A stretch of 64,000 nt of DNA, taken from Lama glama. Its lineage: Eukaryota. A program made the translations under genes and the position numbers. The notes beneath the pieces were generated by a model. It saw only the letters and a list, made by a program, of their open reading frames with translations, did not search any database and was not told the DNA's origin. Every line of letters starts with the position of its first letter. Within the stretch, counting starts at the first letter, position 1. This document shows, piece by piece, positions 50,730 through 64,000 of the stretch. The stretch lies in contig CM052818.1 in NCBI GenBank assembly GCA_028534125.1, positions 14,262,001 through 14,326,000 on the forward strand. Reading direction: 5' to 3'.

Positions 50730-52070
50730 CATTGTTTATTCACTCAACAAGAGTCAAGAGCCCAACATGTGCCAGGCACTGTTCTATGTGCCAAGACAAG
50801 AAAGTAAACAAGACAGTCACAATCCCTTCCAGCAAGAAGTGTACATCCTAGTAGGCAAAGGAAGAGGGAGACAACAATAAACACCTATTCTGTAAAGAAA
50901 GTACATAAAGGAATGGCATACACAGTGATCTGGAGGGGGACTACCACTATCTAAGGTCAGGAAAGGCCTCTTTGAGGAGATTAAAGTAGGCTGAATCCTG
51001 AACGAGAAGGCATCAATCATGCAAAGACCAGGGTAGAAGGAAGAGCGGGTTCCAAGGCCATGACCCAGGGTGAGCTGGGTGGTTCTGAGGACCAACAAGC
51101 CAGTGAGTTGCCAGCCCCCAGCAATCAGAGGTGAGCAAGAGAAGAGGCTAAACAGAAAGCCAGAGGTCATGTGAGCAGTTTGGATTTTTTTTTCCTATCT
51201 GCAGTGTGATACCAGAAGCAGATTTTGACCAGGAAAGCAACTTAAAAACTCTCTGGCCACAATGTAGAAAATGGGCTGGAGGAAGGCAAAAGAGAATGTA
51301 GGGAGACGTGTCAGGAGGTTATTGGAAAACTCCAGGCCACTGACGATGGTGGCTTGCACTAGAAGGGTAGCAACGAGGTGAACAGAATATTAGAGATGAA
51401 GTTGATAGGACTTGCGGGGAAGATGGGAAGGGTGGGAACAGAAGGAATCATAGATGATGCATAGGTCTTGGGCCTGAGTGAGCGGGTGAATGGTGGTGCC
51501 ATGCACTCAGATGGAAAGTCTGGACAAGGATTATGTGTAAGGTCAGGTAGAGGGTGGGAGGAAATCAAAGGTTCTGCTTTGACCGTGCCAGGTTTATATC
51601 CCTAGATGAAGATGCCAAGTGGGCACTTAGATACATGAGTCTAGAGCTCAGTAGAAGGATCAGGGCTGAAGATAACAACAAGGGTGTCAATATGAAGATG
51701 ATAATTACAGGCAGAGAACTGGATAGGGGAGAACCCAGGGGCATTTCAAAGCTGAGAGGTGAAGCAGAGAAGCATCCAGCCAAAGATACCAAGAAGGCAA
51801 CACTGGAGAAGGGAGAGAGGCCAGAAGAGTGTAGGGGTCACATAAATAAGGGGAAGAATATGTTCTAAGAAGGAAGGAATGACCAACTGTATTGAATAAG
51901 AACAGAGATGTGACTGCCCTGGCTTTGTGAACATGGAGGTCATTAATGGTGCTAATAAGGGCAGGTTTGGTGGAGTGGTGGAGGAGAAGCCCAGCTGAAG
52001 CCGACTAAGAGGACAAACAGGAAGTGAGATGTGGAAAAGAGGGATGCTGGACTATCTTTGCATTCAGAAT
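50730..52070 (-). mobile_element. L2 LINE, ~1.3 kb
   Basis: tttattcactcaacaa...atgtgccaggcactgttcta tail; gaatcatagatgatgcataggtcttgggcctgag, atggaggtcattaatgg body. Confidence 0.88.
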
Positions 52071-52279
52071 TAAGAAACTTAACAATCTGAGGTCTGAGTG
52101 CTAATGTTCCCCTAATATTTACTGCAGAGTCACTATTAGAAAAACTGAAGGGCACGGAAGGAATCAGTCATCAATTCATTTAGTCAATGCCCAGATGCAT
52201 TAGAGTTCACAGCCCTGTCACTCAACAGGAACCAGGAACCACGGAACAAGTGGTCCCAAGTGCACTGATAGCAACATTT

Positions 52280-52378
52280 AGAGTGATTGTATGTCTGGAC
52301 AGTCCCAGTTTACATCCGTTGTCCCAGTGTAATTATTAAGGATTCTCAAAGTGTCCTGGTTTGGATAATAATTGTCAT
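52280..52378. mobile_element. MER94 (hAT-Blackjack) MITE
   Basis: ggacagtcccagtttacatccgttgtcccagtgtaattattaa...ctcaaagtgtcctggtttgga. Confidence 0.8.
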
Positions 52379-53629
52379 ATTTTCTCTGCTTATAGTTCAC
52401 TTTCTCCTTACCCAACACTGGACAAGCCCTATCACTTAGGTGAAGTCAAGATCACTATTTAAATTAGAAAACTGTCCAAAATTGGTCCCAGGCAAGGTGC
52501 TTCGGGCAAATATCTGAGTATACTGGTAGAATCTCAGTTTACTTGGGAAATGTTAAAGGTTTCACCATACCATTTCATAGAATTCAAAATTATATTGTCA
52601 AGTACTGAATCCTAAACTATAATAACATAACGTAACAGTTAATATTAAATCATAGTACATAAAAATGATGGTGTTCTTAGAAAAAGACCCAGAAGGACCC
52701 ACATCAAACTGTTTAAGTGGTTGCCCACGGGAGGTGCGAGCTTGGGTGGGTAGGGGCAAGAGTTCTTGCTTTTCATTTTACTTCAGTAGCTTTTAGTGTT
52801 TTACTTGTACAGTGAACATATACTACTTTTATAATTTAAATGTCTTAAGTTTATTTAAGCCAAACCATTTCTCAAAAATAAGAATTCATGTTAGATCAGA
52901 AGCACGGTTTTAACATCTGTAATTCCAGGCCTGGTCCCATAGTACCTGATGCTGTTGGCTCTGAAAGATAAATTGCAGTGACAGCAGATGTCCTCTGCAG
53001 CATCCTCTATGGAAATGTTCAAGCCTCGAACGATGGCGAAGTCTCCTGACATCACTATTAATACATCAAAGCCTCCTGACTACCCACCAGGTACACACTG
53101 CAGCCTGACCAGCTCATAAAATTCTTTGCCAGTTTATTTACAAACTCCTGTCAGATTCTGGTGTCTCAACCAGCTTATTCTGTACATTGTATGTTGATTA
53201 ATTAAAATAAGTCCCTTATTGGCTTCTTGGCTAGTGTGGTTCTTAGCTGCCCAGCTTTCAGCTGTAGGCTAAGATCCAGACAGCCAAAATCTTACGCAGT
53301 CTCTGCAGCTCTTACTGACACCTAAGCTTGTCCCAACTCCAGCTCTGTGATGCAGAAGCGAGGAATTCCAGGACAGCCCTGTGAGCCCCATTTACAATAG
53401 AAACCATCCCACATTTCCCCAAGTCACACTAAAAGTCTAAGTCATCATTGTCCACATGTGTTGGTACTATGTAGATATAAACATGATGTATCTCAATCAA
53501 AACCAATAAATAAATAATAGATTAGAATCTGCGTGTGATTTTCATCTGTATGGAAACCAAAATGCCATTAATTTCTGAAAAAAAAAGAGATAATCTTGAA
53601 TAGAATCAAATATATATTGAACTAGAAAA

Positions 53630-53790
53630 GTTTTAGAGATGTAAGGATCCTTAGAGATAATCCAATCCATCTTGTTTTATAGACGGAAAAACAGATTCAG
53701 AGGAGGTAATGGCTTGCCCAAGATCACACACAACATTAACGGCAGATCTTGGATTAGAATTTGGGTCTCCTGACTCTTAGCATCTCCACC
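53630..53790 (-). mobile_element. MIR/MIR3 SINE
   Basis: ccttagagataatccaatcc...ttttatagacggaaaaacagattcagagg...cttgcccaagatcacac. Confidence 0.75.
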
Positions 53791-55199
53791 ATGTTGCTTG
53801 GCATGAACAAAGTGAATTCGCATGGACACTCCATAAAGAGATATTTACACAAGTTGACTATACAATGATAAAATCTAATCCACTTAATGTAAATAAACTG
53901 TTTACAAGTGTCCTCATAGTTGTGTTGCCTGCCACCCTGAAAACTTCAAAAGAGTCCATTCAGAATGCCTCCACTCACGAAAGGAAGAATAGCAGTGAGG
54001 GCAAACTGAGAGAAGTCCTCGTCTGTACTCCTTGAGGCGCTTATCTCTCAGCAGGTTCTAGCAATAAGAAGCCAAAACATTGCTAAACAAGTTTGATTCT
54101 TTGACAGGTGCTGAATCTTTTTAATTAAATAATAAGCACCTAAATAAGTGGCTTCTCCAAGATCAGCTAAAGCTAAACCAAATGTTTTCATTGTTTCTAA
54201 AGACCAAAGAATCATCAAAAAATGTTTTTCTGATCTGTTTGGGACCTATGATGAGAACTGAACCAAGGCATCACCAGTCAAGAAGAGGTCTTTGAATATG
54301 ATCTCATCCACAAGACCTCTCAGGAGGTCGACTGAACCAATGTAAAAAATTTACCTGGAAGAAAATCCTACAATTTCTGCAAAGCCTAAGACTCTTTATC
54401 CAGAATTCAATCTCATCCAGATGTTTGTAAGTGAATTTAAAATTAAATCAACAGTATTTCTTCCAATATTTTTATGCATGTTAAAGCTATCACAACTGTG
54501 TGTGTGTGCCATATACATATATATTTCACATTATCTAATTACTGCACAGGCTCCCAAAACATGGGTTATACAGAACTGATTTGAAATAGGAACAGTAGAA
54601 ATAAAATAATCTACATGTGAAATAGCTTTTTAGACTTCAGACTAAAAGTATAATAAGCTTGGGTGGTTTTTTTTACATAAAACATGCTTTCCAGTCTTGG
54701 TAAAATACATACATGCTTATTTATTATTATCTAGTAGATTCTACATTATCATCATTAATATCACTACAAAACTCCATGTTGATCCATGAGAATCTTGGTC
54801 TTTTCTAGCTACAGGTTCCTCTTCATTGATAAACATCCTGAACAGATTAGGGATTGTCAAACTGTCATGATATACTGAGTTAAATTGTGTTTATGTTGCA
54901 ATAGTTAATACTTTGTCACAACAATAGTGTCAGAAGATTCAATGTGCTTCAGAGAAACAGTGACAACAAACAGATGCTCTAAAAAACCTGCTTTGATTAC
55001 CTCACAGAGAGTAATTTTGACAAAATGATGTAAATGTGGGTTACTTTGCTAAAAATATTTAATATATTAGATGCTACTTTTAGCTGTAATTTCAAATAAA
55101 AGGGAATGGAGTACTGCACAAATAGAATAAGGCATAGTGCTAAGAGAACTATGAGAGAATTTTGAAGCAACAAAGAATATTTTCAAGATAAAAAACAGA

Positions 55200-56265
55200 A
55201 TCTAATTAGAAAAGCACCCTTTGGTGACTAAAGCATAAATCATCAACTAATGCTAAAACTCTTGGGTGAAATTTTGATGAGAAACATACATTTACAGAGT
55301 CTCAAAGACTCTTCCCACAAGATACTTACTGATTACAAAAGAAAAAATAGTAACTTTACAGTAGAGAAATCTGGCAGACCCCACCTAAACCAAGTGACCA
55401 AAGCTACCATCACCTGTAATAATACAAATCAGCACTATGTGCCTCTTGATAATAGGACAGTGAAGAACACAACATCACTTCTATGATATTTCTGCCAAAT
55501 ATGTATAACCCAAATCATGAAGTAAACTGGACAAGCCCAAACTGAAAGGCATTCTCCAAAATAACTGGCCTGTACTCTTCAAAAATATCAAGCTCATGAA
55601 AGACAGAGCAAACGTTGTAGATTGAAGAACACTAAAGAAACTTGATGTATAAATGCAACATGTGATCTGGGATTTTCTTTTGCTCTCAAGGACATTATTG
55701 GGATAACTGCCAAAATATTAATCAGATTTGTAGATCAGATAATACTATTGTTTAAATGTTAATTCACTGATTTTGAGTATTATACAGTAATTATACAAAA
55801 GAACGTCCTTGCTTTTAGGAGCTACACATCGAAGCATTCAAGGGAAAAGAGCCATCAATCAGGTCTGCAACTTACTCTAAATGGTTCAAGAAAAAAAAAT
55901 GTTATCTATATACATATACATGTTTATATATCCATACATGCACATATGTGTGCATGTGTGAACGTACATGTTACAGATGGATAGATGAATGGAAGGATAC
56001 GTTCAGCGTAGTCGGATACATGCATAGATGAAGGAAAGAAAGGAAAGAGAGAGGGAGGAAGGAAGGGTGAAAGGAGGAAGTGGAAGGAAGAGAGTGAGAG
56101 AATATTAAAGTTAACATTTATTAACTTTATTAACAAAATATTTATTAACAAAATATTAACATTTGGGGAATCCGGGTGAAGGGTACAAGGGAATTCTTTG
56201 TATTAGTCTTGGAACTTTCCCATTAAGTTTGAAATTATTTCAAAATAAAAAGTAAACTAAAAAAG
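55200..56265 (+). mobile_element. L1MC4-like 3'UTR
   Basis: aatagtaactttacagtagagaaatctggcagaccccacctaaaccaagtga...aaataactggcctgtactcttcaaaa...aagtttgaaattatttcaaaataaaaag. Confidence 0.85.
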
Positions 56266-58389
56266 AAAGTAGAATGTATATACACAAAGAATGGTTCAAG
56301 TCTTTACTAAGAATTAAAAATAATAACTGACTAGAAAGTACCTATAATGTGATAGAGCCAGCGCTAGGTGCTGTAGGGACTAGACGAAGGAGGATGCACA
56401 AAATGTTTTTGTCCTTAAACTTACAGAGGAAAGAGGATTAATATAATAAAATAATCAGAACAATTCAAAAGGATAGATATATAATTAAATGCTAAAGAGT
56501 ACACATGTGCATAACTAATTCATACCAATTCTGAGCCACTGTTTAAGACTTAAAATAATGATAAATCATACCAAAAATATAAGATCTCTCAGCATTTCTG
56601 TTCTTCCAAACACACTTGTAAATAACTTCTAAAGATATGCTTATGTGTGCATATAATTAATTACACACAAGAATTTAGAGGCTGTAGATAATAAAATGTT
56701 TACTGCTTCTAAAACTTCTACAATCACTTGGATTTGAAATGCAGGTACTTTTTCCACTCAAAGTAAGATATCCAGAAAATGTTATTATATTAAAATGGAA
56801 AATAGAAAAAAAAATCCTAATGATGGCAAAACAGAGAAAGAAAAAAATTTTTAAGAAATAGAAGTAACTGCCAACACAAACATTAGCTAACTGTTCAAAT
56901 GGAACTTAACCATTTCCCACTAATCAAATGTCAACAACCCCAGATGAAGAAGACCCACTGAAAGCTTTAACGGAAGCACTCATGGATGGATTTTAGCATA
57001 AGCAATCTGGTAAACAGAAGAGGTTAAATAGGAGAATCTGGCATCTCCTACACTCACCCACTGACTAGAAGTAAAGCTAAAAAAGCCACCTTGGCGCTTT
57101 GCTTCCCCACTTCCTCAACGTGGGTTTGATTTCGCCCTGGACAGAGTATCATTTAACTAGTCACTGCACTGATGAGATAGGTGATGTTCTTAGAAATCAA
57201 GTTCACCTTTCAGCCCATCCTCGTATTTACTGAAGTTTAATTTTGTCTCTCCCAAAGTTAAATCTGGAGGACGACACTTGAGCCATTAAGTAACTGAGCT
57301 TTAACGTAAGCAATGCGAACAAGCCTGCCTAGGCAACAAGACGCAAACGAGTGCAACCGAGTGCAACTTAAGGTTAATGCACTTCAGATTCCTCACAGGG
57401 TGGAATGCCCCAAGGTTTCTCCAGCAATAGAGATGATGAATTTATGTATGGTTACTTCGGGGGATCAGACGTTAGGTTAATTATCAGTTCAACTTTTTTT
57501 CTCTTGGCCTAATCTCATTAATTCCATATTTACTTTAATTGGATCCTCACTTGAATTTTCTGATTTCATAATATGTGACTAATAATATTTCCACCATGTC
57601 CCCTTGGTGTCAATTTGTTCTGTATTAGGGAATTATATGGACTTGATCTTATTTTACATGCAGAGAGAGACACAGTGCACGTGGCTGCCCTTTACAACAT
57701 TTCTCAAATGGCAGTATGAAAAGAACTAGACAGCATGGGGTTTGAATTATGACCTTGGACTGGTTACTTAACTCTTAGTCATTTTTGCCAACCCCCTCCA
57801 AAATAAAACGGTGACTAAAAAGGCAAGAAGATAAAATCAAAAGGGAGAAGACCGGAGGCCTGAGAATGATCCTGTCTCTCAACTTCCACCCCTTTCCTGG
57901 GTCAAACCCTCAAGAGATAGCACTGAAGCACCAACAGAGCTTTGGCTCCTCCAGGGCGGGGAGTCTTCAGCCTCACTTCCCAGCCTCACCCTGGCAGAGG
58001 ATGCCTGAAAGGGCATCTGAGCCAATGTGCCCCCTAGAGTCCTGCAGGGAAAGCCTTTTAGGAATCCCCTCCCCGGAGACAGCTGAGGCTTTTTCCAATG
58101 AAATTAATTTTATGCCCAATCTGTACCTTAACCATTTTGAACTACATTCACTTTCCTAGGCTCCTGGTATTTCACTTCTACGTTTTATCTATGTCTTGGA
58201 GAACAGACACCAACATCCTCTGCCCACATTCCCATGGAAAAACACCACAGACACATCCAGCCATACGCTGATCTCAAATTATCAATATTCCTTAACAGCA
58301 CATTACTAACTTAAAAATAAAAAAGAAAAGAAACTTGTAATACTCCTCTGAGTATATCTCATTTTATATAGTCTTGAATTTTAGAATCA

Positions 58390-60100
58390 TGCTAATGTTC
58401 CACATATTCAAAAAATAAAATTAAATCAACAAGGATAGCGGAGGATCCTAAAACTGAATGCAAACTAAAATAAATGAACTTAACTATATTTAAAATGAAT
58501 AACATTACCACGCTGAATTTTTTTGAAAAATAGAACTAATCCAAGTAAATTCTGAACACAGAACTTTGGCTACTCTCAATGTAAAGAAAAATAAAAACTG
58601 CAAAGAATCTTAAACTCTTCTTAGTAGGTTTGTTTTTTACAGTCATTGGATACAGCAGTCCTGAACTATGTGATGTGTATTGCAGGCCTGGTCAAATGAG
58701 TAAATGTATTAAGCCAGGTTTCTCGCTGTGGAAGAACGGAGGTGCAAATACGAATAGGGGAAAGCAAGGAAGACCTTGAGGTGGGGTGCTAGGTTGAAAT
58801 TGGAAGTATCAGTATAGACCCAGGATTTTAAAACACATCTCCATCTTTTTAGCAGTATCTGCCAGAGTGTGTAGCTGTATGTATTTCCAAGTTCTGTCTG
58901 CCAAAAAGGTCAAGAAGCAATTTCATTCTAGTACAGCAACAATTGCAGCCCTCACTAAAAGAACCAGGGCTTCTTGGAGAAATAGCTGATTCCAGTGCTG
59001 GGGCAGAGAGAGTATACGATGGACCTGGAACAGCTAATTATGCCAAAAAGCAGTAAAGTGCTTTAAAAAATTAAGAGTATGTCAAAAGGACACAGGGAAT
59101 AACAAAGGGGCTTCCTACCGGCCTGGGGGATAATTCGAGCATCCAAATAATTTAAAAGCAGGAAGCGCTTCTTTACAGAAGAATGCTGATTAATAAATAC
59201 GAAAGGAATTTTGTTTTTAGGTTTATTTGTTATTTTATTTTAGAGGAGGTACTAGGTATTGAACCCAGGACCTCATGCATGCTAAGCATGCGCTCTACCA
59301 CTTGAGCTTTACCCTCCCCTCCATTTTTCAGGTTTAGTAATGATGAAGTTTTAAAAAAATCATAAACTCAGACATAAATTAGTAGCAATGGATACTAAAC
59401 TGGGGGTTAGGAGGAGCCTGATGAGGAATAAGATATTTTCATAATCTTAAAGTGTTTTCTCACAAATTACTTATTAATTACAAAAAATAGTAACTATACA
59501 GTGGAGAAAATGAATAACACTTCAATGATACAATTTAACATCACCAACAATGGGCGAAGAGGCATTGTGAAACTGGATCTGAGGCCCTGAGAGGACTCAC
59601 GTCACCCCTGAGGTACTCCAGGCAAGAATGCACACCCTGAATCTAATCATGCAGAAACATCAGATAAACCCAACTTGAACTTTATTCTGTAAAATAACTG
59701 CCTGGATTCTTCAAAAATATGAATTTCTTAAAAGACAAGAAAAGGCTGAGATGCTTTTCCAGACGAAAGGAAACTAAAGAGACATGACAACTAAGTTCAC
59801 CACATGATCTGAACAGGGACCTGTACCAGACAAAAAAAAATGCCCTAAAGTAAATCATAAGATAATGTCTTTATTCTCAAAGTTGCATGTTTTAATATTA
59901 GGAGGAAGGGGCAATAATGTTTGAAAGCTACTTTCAAGTGACCCAGAAAAAAGTAATATTAATATATATATATATATATCTATAAAGAGAAAGACTCATA
60001 TGACAATTGTGTCAAAAATACTAAAGATGGATGAAATCTGTGAGCTATTCTTGCTATTTCTCTGTAAGTCTGAAATTACTCCAAAATTAGAAGTTAAAAA
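58390..60100 (+). mobile_element. L1MC/MD 3' region interrupted by a SINE
   Basis: aaaagaaccagggcttcttggagaaatagctgattccag...aatagtaactatacagtggagaaa...taactgcctggattcttcaaaaat...aagtctgaaattactccaaaa. Confidence 0.8.
59208..59319 (-). mobile_element. Camelid tRNA-Ala-derived SINE
   Basis: Reverse complement ggggagggtaaagctcaagtggtagagcgcatgcttagcatgcatgaggtcctgggttcaatacctagtacctcc plus A-rich tail. Confidence 0.92.
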
Positions 60101-61389
60101 GGAGTTTATAGTTTGAATTTAAAGTATAGGTATCTACAACCAGCTTTCCCTAAACCACTTTAAATGTTTCCATATTGTATTGAGACAAATTAAAGTCAAG
60201 CCATATCCAGAGTTTATAATTTATGTTAGTGAAAGAAGCACCTTCAGTCAAATTACATGTGATTCATAAATGTCTACTTTAATGCCTTTGTAATTTTTCA
60301 AAATGATTAACCAAATATTTAATATTTTAATTTGTTGCTGTCATATATTAAAGCATACTGCAGATAAAACTGGTAAACTGCTCTGAAAATGGAAACCGCC
60401 TTACTTGACTTTCTTATTAGTAACCATAAACATGGAAGTACCAAAGTGTTTTAAATTTCTGATACTTTCCCCAAGATTAGTAGAAACAGGCACTTCAATT
60501 CATGCTTTGTTTTCAATTAAGCATTTATTAAAAACCAAAACTTATTGCTTACTATTCTACTCAGTAGAATTCTACAGTATTCTACAGTTTATAAAATTAT
60601 GCAAATTCAAGTTTATAACATTGAACAAGACCACTCCACAAACTGGGAGTATTAATGACGTTTGTAATCCATTTAAAATCATATTCTCTGATGAAATACC
60701 TGCATGAAACACAATTTCCCAGTTTCTCAAAAGTGATGAGACTCATTGTCATTCAGCTGCACCACTAATGAGAATAAAGAAGGAATTAAAATCACAAAGC
60801 TGAGAAGCTAAAAATCTAGTTTTTAAAATAACTTGGGATTAATTTCACTAGCATTAAACCTCAAAAATACTGATTACTGAACTCAGAATTTCCCAGATTA
60901 ATAAAAGCATCATTGATCATCCTTCATCATGCCAAGCCTCATCTCTTCTGTATTCAGGAAGTCTGTATTTCCAGGCTCCCCCAGACACAGAGGGTAACTG
61001 CCATTCTTTCCACCTGTCCCAGATTATTTTTGTAGTAAATACATTCCCTTAATTCAAAGCAGTAGGAATAGACTGGAGGGGAGGGGGGGGTTGAGGTGGG
61101 GCATGAGTCTCATGTGTACCTCCACCATCTTTGAAATTTAAATTCTAGGGCAAGGTAGCAGTTCACTGTTAAGGTTTGCTTATGAGAGGAAAAGATGGGA
61201 CATTCACAAACTTACTTCTTCATATAAGAAAGGAAACCCAGATAGACTCACATTTGGCAAATAGAATTAAATTTGATAAGAGTCATTTCCTGGCAATGTC
61301 ATGGGGAAACAGGTCTTCTTCAAGGCTGCTGCTGCCTCTTGGTAATGCAATTTTGCTGAATATATTAAACTGAAAATGGGAATTGCTAT

Positions 61390-61745
61390 GATCAACCAAA
61401 CCCACCTCTATATATTCCCCTAGAAGGACACTCCTCATGGATACAAATATTTACCAAAACACTGTTTGAAAAGCAAAAGAACCTAAACGTCTTTCAGCAG
61501 GAGAATTTATTTAGAAAGGGGAGAAACACATGCACAAAGAATACTATGTAAATTTGGGGGTAGATATGTGAATATAAAGATCGAAAAAGATATACATCAA
61601 ACTCATAGCAGTGGTTAACGCTAAGGATTGTGGAGAGAGATCAGGAATGGAAACTAAAGCTTTATCTGAGATGTTCTGAAGTTTAAAGGAAAATGTATTC
61701 AATATTACTTAAGCAATTAAAAATTAATTTTCAGAGATTAAAAAA
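61390..61745 (+). mobile_element. L1ME 3' fragments
   Basis: cactgtttgaaaagcaaaag...gatatacatcaaactcatagcagtggtta...aaaatgtattc. Confidence 0.55.
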
Positions 61746-63174
61746 ATGAATCAAGTTAAACACCAAGTAAGTCTAAGACAGAAATCAATTTGACTAGAAA
61801 GTGATGGAAACTGAGAAACGCTGATAATTAGAGTAAGTTTGACTTACTAACATTTTTAATACATCACAGCAATGGCCCAGAATCAGTCTGAATCTTAATC
61901 TTGCTGCATATAATGAATCTTACCAATTCCTAAGGAAAGTAAACTATCTTATTTCTCATCTATGCTTAAAATTTTTAAGAAACCCATTCTTAAGAAGAGA
62001 TGACAGAAGGAAAGAAGGAAGGGAAGGGGGGAAGGGAAAGAGGGAGGGAAGCTTCCCCAAGTATTAAGTCTAATTTTATTTTTTTGTCTATTTTCAAACT
62101 TCAATCTTTAATCATATATAACATCTGAGTGGTGGGGAGAGGAATACCAGCAGAAAATTCCCTCAAAAAAATCTCTGATTTAAAATAGAACAAAACCAGG
62201 TAGAGAGGGGCACATTCTACTACAGAGACCTTGAGGATGCCAGGCCCTAGAGAGCTGAAAATATCAACTCATTTTCAATAAAGGATATGGAAATAACTCC
62301 CAAAGTCTAGGGAAATACATTTAGGACACGTAAGCTATTAGGAAGACGATGGAATCCACTTTTCATTTTTTTTTAGGAATCCATTTATTTTTAATTTCCA
62401 CTGAGAGAAGATGGACATATTAAGTTTACATCCTGCTCTGAACCTAATTAGTAAAACTTAAGGAACTGTTCTCTCACATGTCAATTTATTTCCTTGAATG
62501 GAAAAGAAAGTACTAGGGAGAGACAAGAGGTCTGGCTGTCTTGGCAAGTTTGCTATACTCTGTAAAAGCTAAGAAGTTTACTGTTACATTTATTTCACAT
62601 AATAGTTTGTAAATTCTTCTGGTGGTTACCTCCAGAAATTATGACATATACCCTTGACTCCCAAAAACTTAATGTTAATCCAGAAAGAACTTGGAACACT
62701 TTAAGTCCATTTAGACCCTTTCTACTTCTAAGTTTTTAAACTTAACATACAGTCAGTGTTTATCTATGCACATATTTACCACCAGTCTTTTGGTTATCTC
62801 TCGCCTTTCCAACTGGGATCACTGTAAGAGCGAGCTTCACAGGAAGCTGTCCCATATGCCGATGCCAAGCATTCCATTACAATATTTTGTTGTCAAGCAT
62901 GTGATCCAATTACTTATTATACATGGAAGTGATGATAACAGGAGGTGCCTCTATAGCTCTTAAAGTCAACTTATGAACCATCCACATTTTATGCTTGGAG
63001 AGCAGCATCCCTGCATCACCCACACTGCCTACACGTTCTGTAAGGAGTAGTCAGCCCGCCAGACAGCCTTCCCCTACGCTTCAGCAGGAGGGCAGCAAAA
63101 CCAGAACAAAGAACAATGCTTTCAGACCAATCCGTAACCCATGCCGGCCAAGCCTCTTAAAATAAGATACAGCA

Positions 63175-63560
63175 CTGTATTCATTTAAGAAATATTTACT
63201 GATGCCTGGTTTTGGCCAGATACTTTGATAGAAACTGGGTATTTAATGATGAATAAGTTAACATGATCCTGGTCCCTCAGAAGTTACTCCAGTCATAGGG
63301 AGGAGAGAGAGAAATAAATGCACGACCATAACACTTGAGTAGCAAGGACAATGATGGGGGAGGTACAGGCTGCGGGAGGAGAAGACTGGGAATAGGAGAT
63401 CAAGAAAAGTGTCTCAGGAAAATCGCTTCCAAACTGAGACCTGCAAGATGAGTAAGGGTCAAGCAAAGATGAGAAAACAGAACATTCCAGAAACTGCATG
63501 TGTAGAGGCCCAGAAATAAGAGAAACTAGGAGGGTAACTTCTGACCAAGCAGAAGCAAAG
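63175..63560 (-). mobile_element. L2 LINE fragment
   Basis: tattcatttaagaaatatttactgatgcc tail; ctgagacctgcaagatgagtaagg...aacattccag. Confidence 0.75.
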
Positions 63561-63689
63561 GCTAAGCTTCCTCTGTAGGAAGTCTCCACACTCTGGGCCA
63601 GCAGGATTCCCGCCAAACACAATGTTACCTACTGCAGAGGGAAAGAAACCACCATAAGGAAGAGTTGGGAGATAGCAAACAAGAGAACG

Positions 63690-63691
<2 letters not shown>

Positions 63692-63731
<40 letters not shown>
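63692..63731. repeat. (CA)20 perfect microsatellite
   Basis: 40 nt of uninterrupted CA. Confidence 0.95.
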
Positions 63732-63736
<5 letters not shown>

Positions 63737-64000
63737 AGCCAAAGACTTGGAAATAACAGAACAATCTGAAAGATTCTAAATATATTTAAAGTCAATAAAA
63801 AGATAAAAGGTATAGACACCACATGGCAAAAAGAATACAGAAGAAAACAGAAGAGAACTAAAACTCAGACTGAATTTGTAGAAGTGAAAAATATCATCAT
63901 TGACATTCAAAACCAACGCAAGACTTCTGGTTATAAAACATGTATCTATGCTTCTTCCTAAAACCAAACTAAAAAGATAGGGAGTTCTTTTAAAAGATAT

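Noticed and set aside
59245..59319. tRNA-Ala(AGC)-like sequence (also at 20701 and 44948)
   Set aside because: Extra 5' bases, stem mismatches, A-rich tails and TSDs at two of the copies identify these as SINEs, not tRNA genes.

Overview
Mammalian genomic DNA, almost certainly camelid, judged from three copies of a tRNA-Ala(AGC)-derived SINE of the vic-1 type. The only supportable gene is EML6 (echinoderm microtubule-associated protein-like 6) on the minus strand. Three consecutive WD40-coding exons lie at 8499-8658, 4923-5021 and 2486-2554, with canonical AG/GT ends and compatible phases. Everything from 8659 to the end of the window appears to be the long intron after the first coding exon, which lies beyond 64000. 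That intron is mostly L1, L2, MIR, LTR and DNA-transposon relics. Repeat names are from recognising consensus-like sequence by eye and their boundaries are approximate. I cannot demonstrate a novel biological system. The best leads are: (1) an intronic CpG-rich promoter-like island (~9880-11240) with BANP, CCAAT, GC-box and ETS motifs, plus a donor that would splice in frame to the 8658 exon and give an N-terminally replaced EML6; (2) two candidate frame-disrupting microexons (7 nt and 22 nt) flanking the 2486-2554 exon; (3) a ~60-bp local templated duplication; (4) a SINE/L1-tail chimera inside one target-site duplication (TSD). All are hypotheses from sequence alone.
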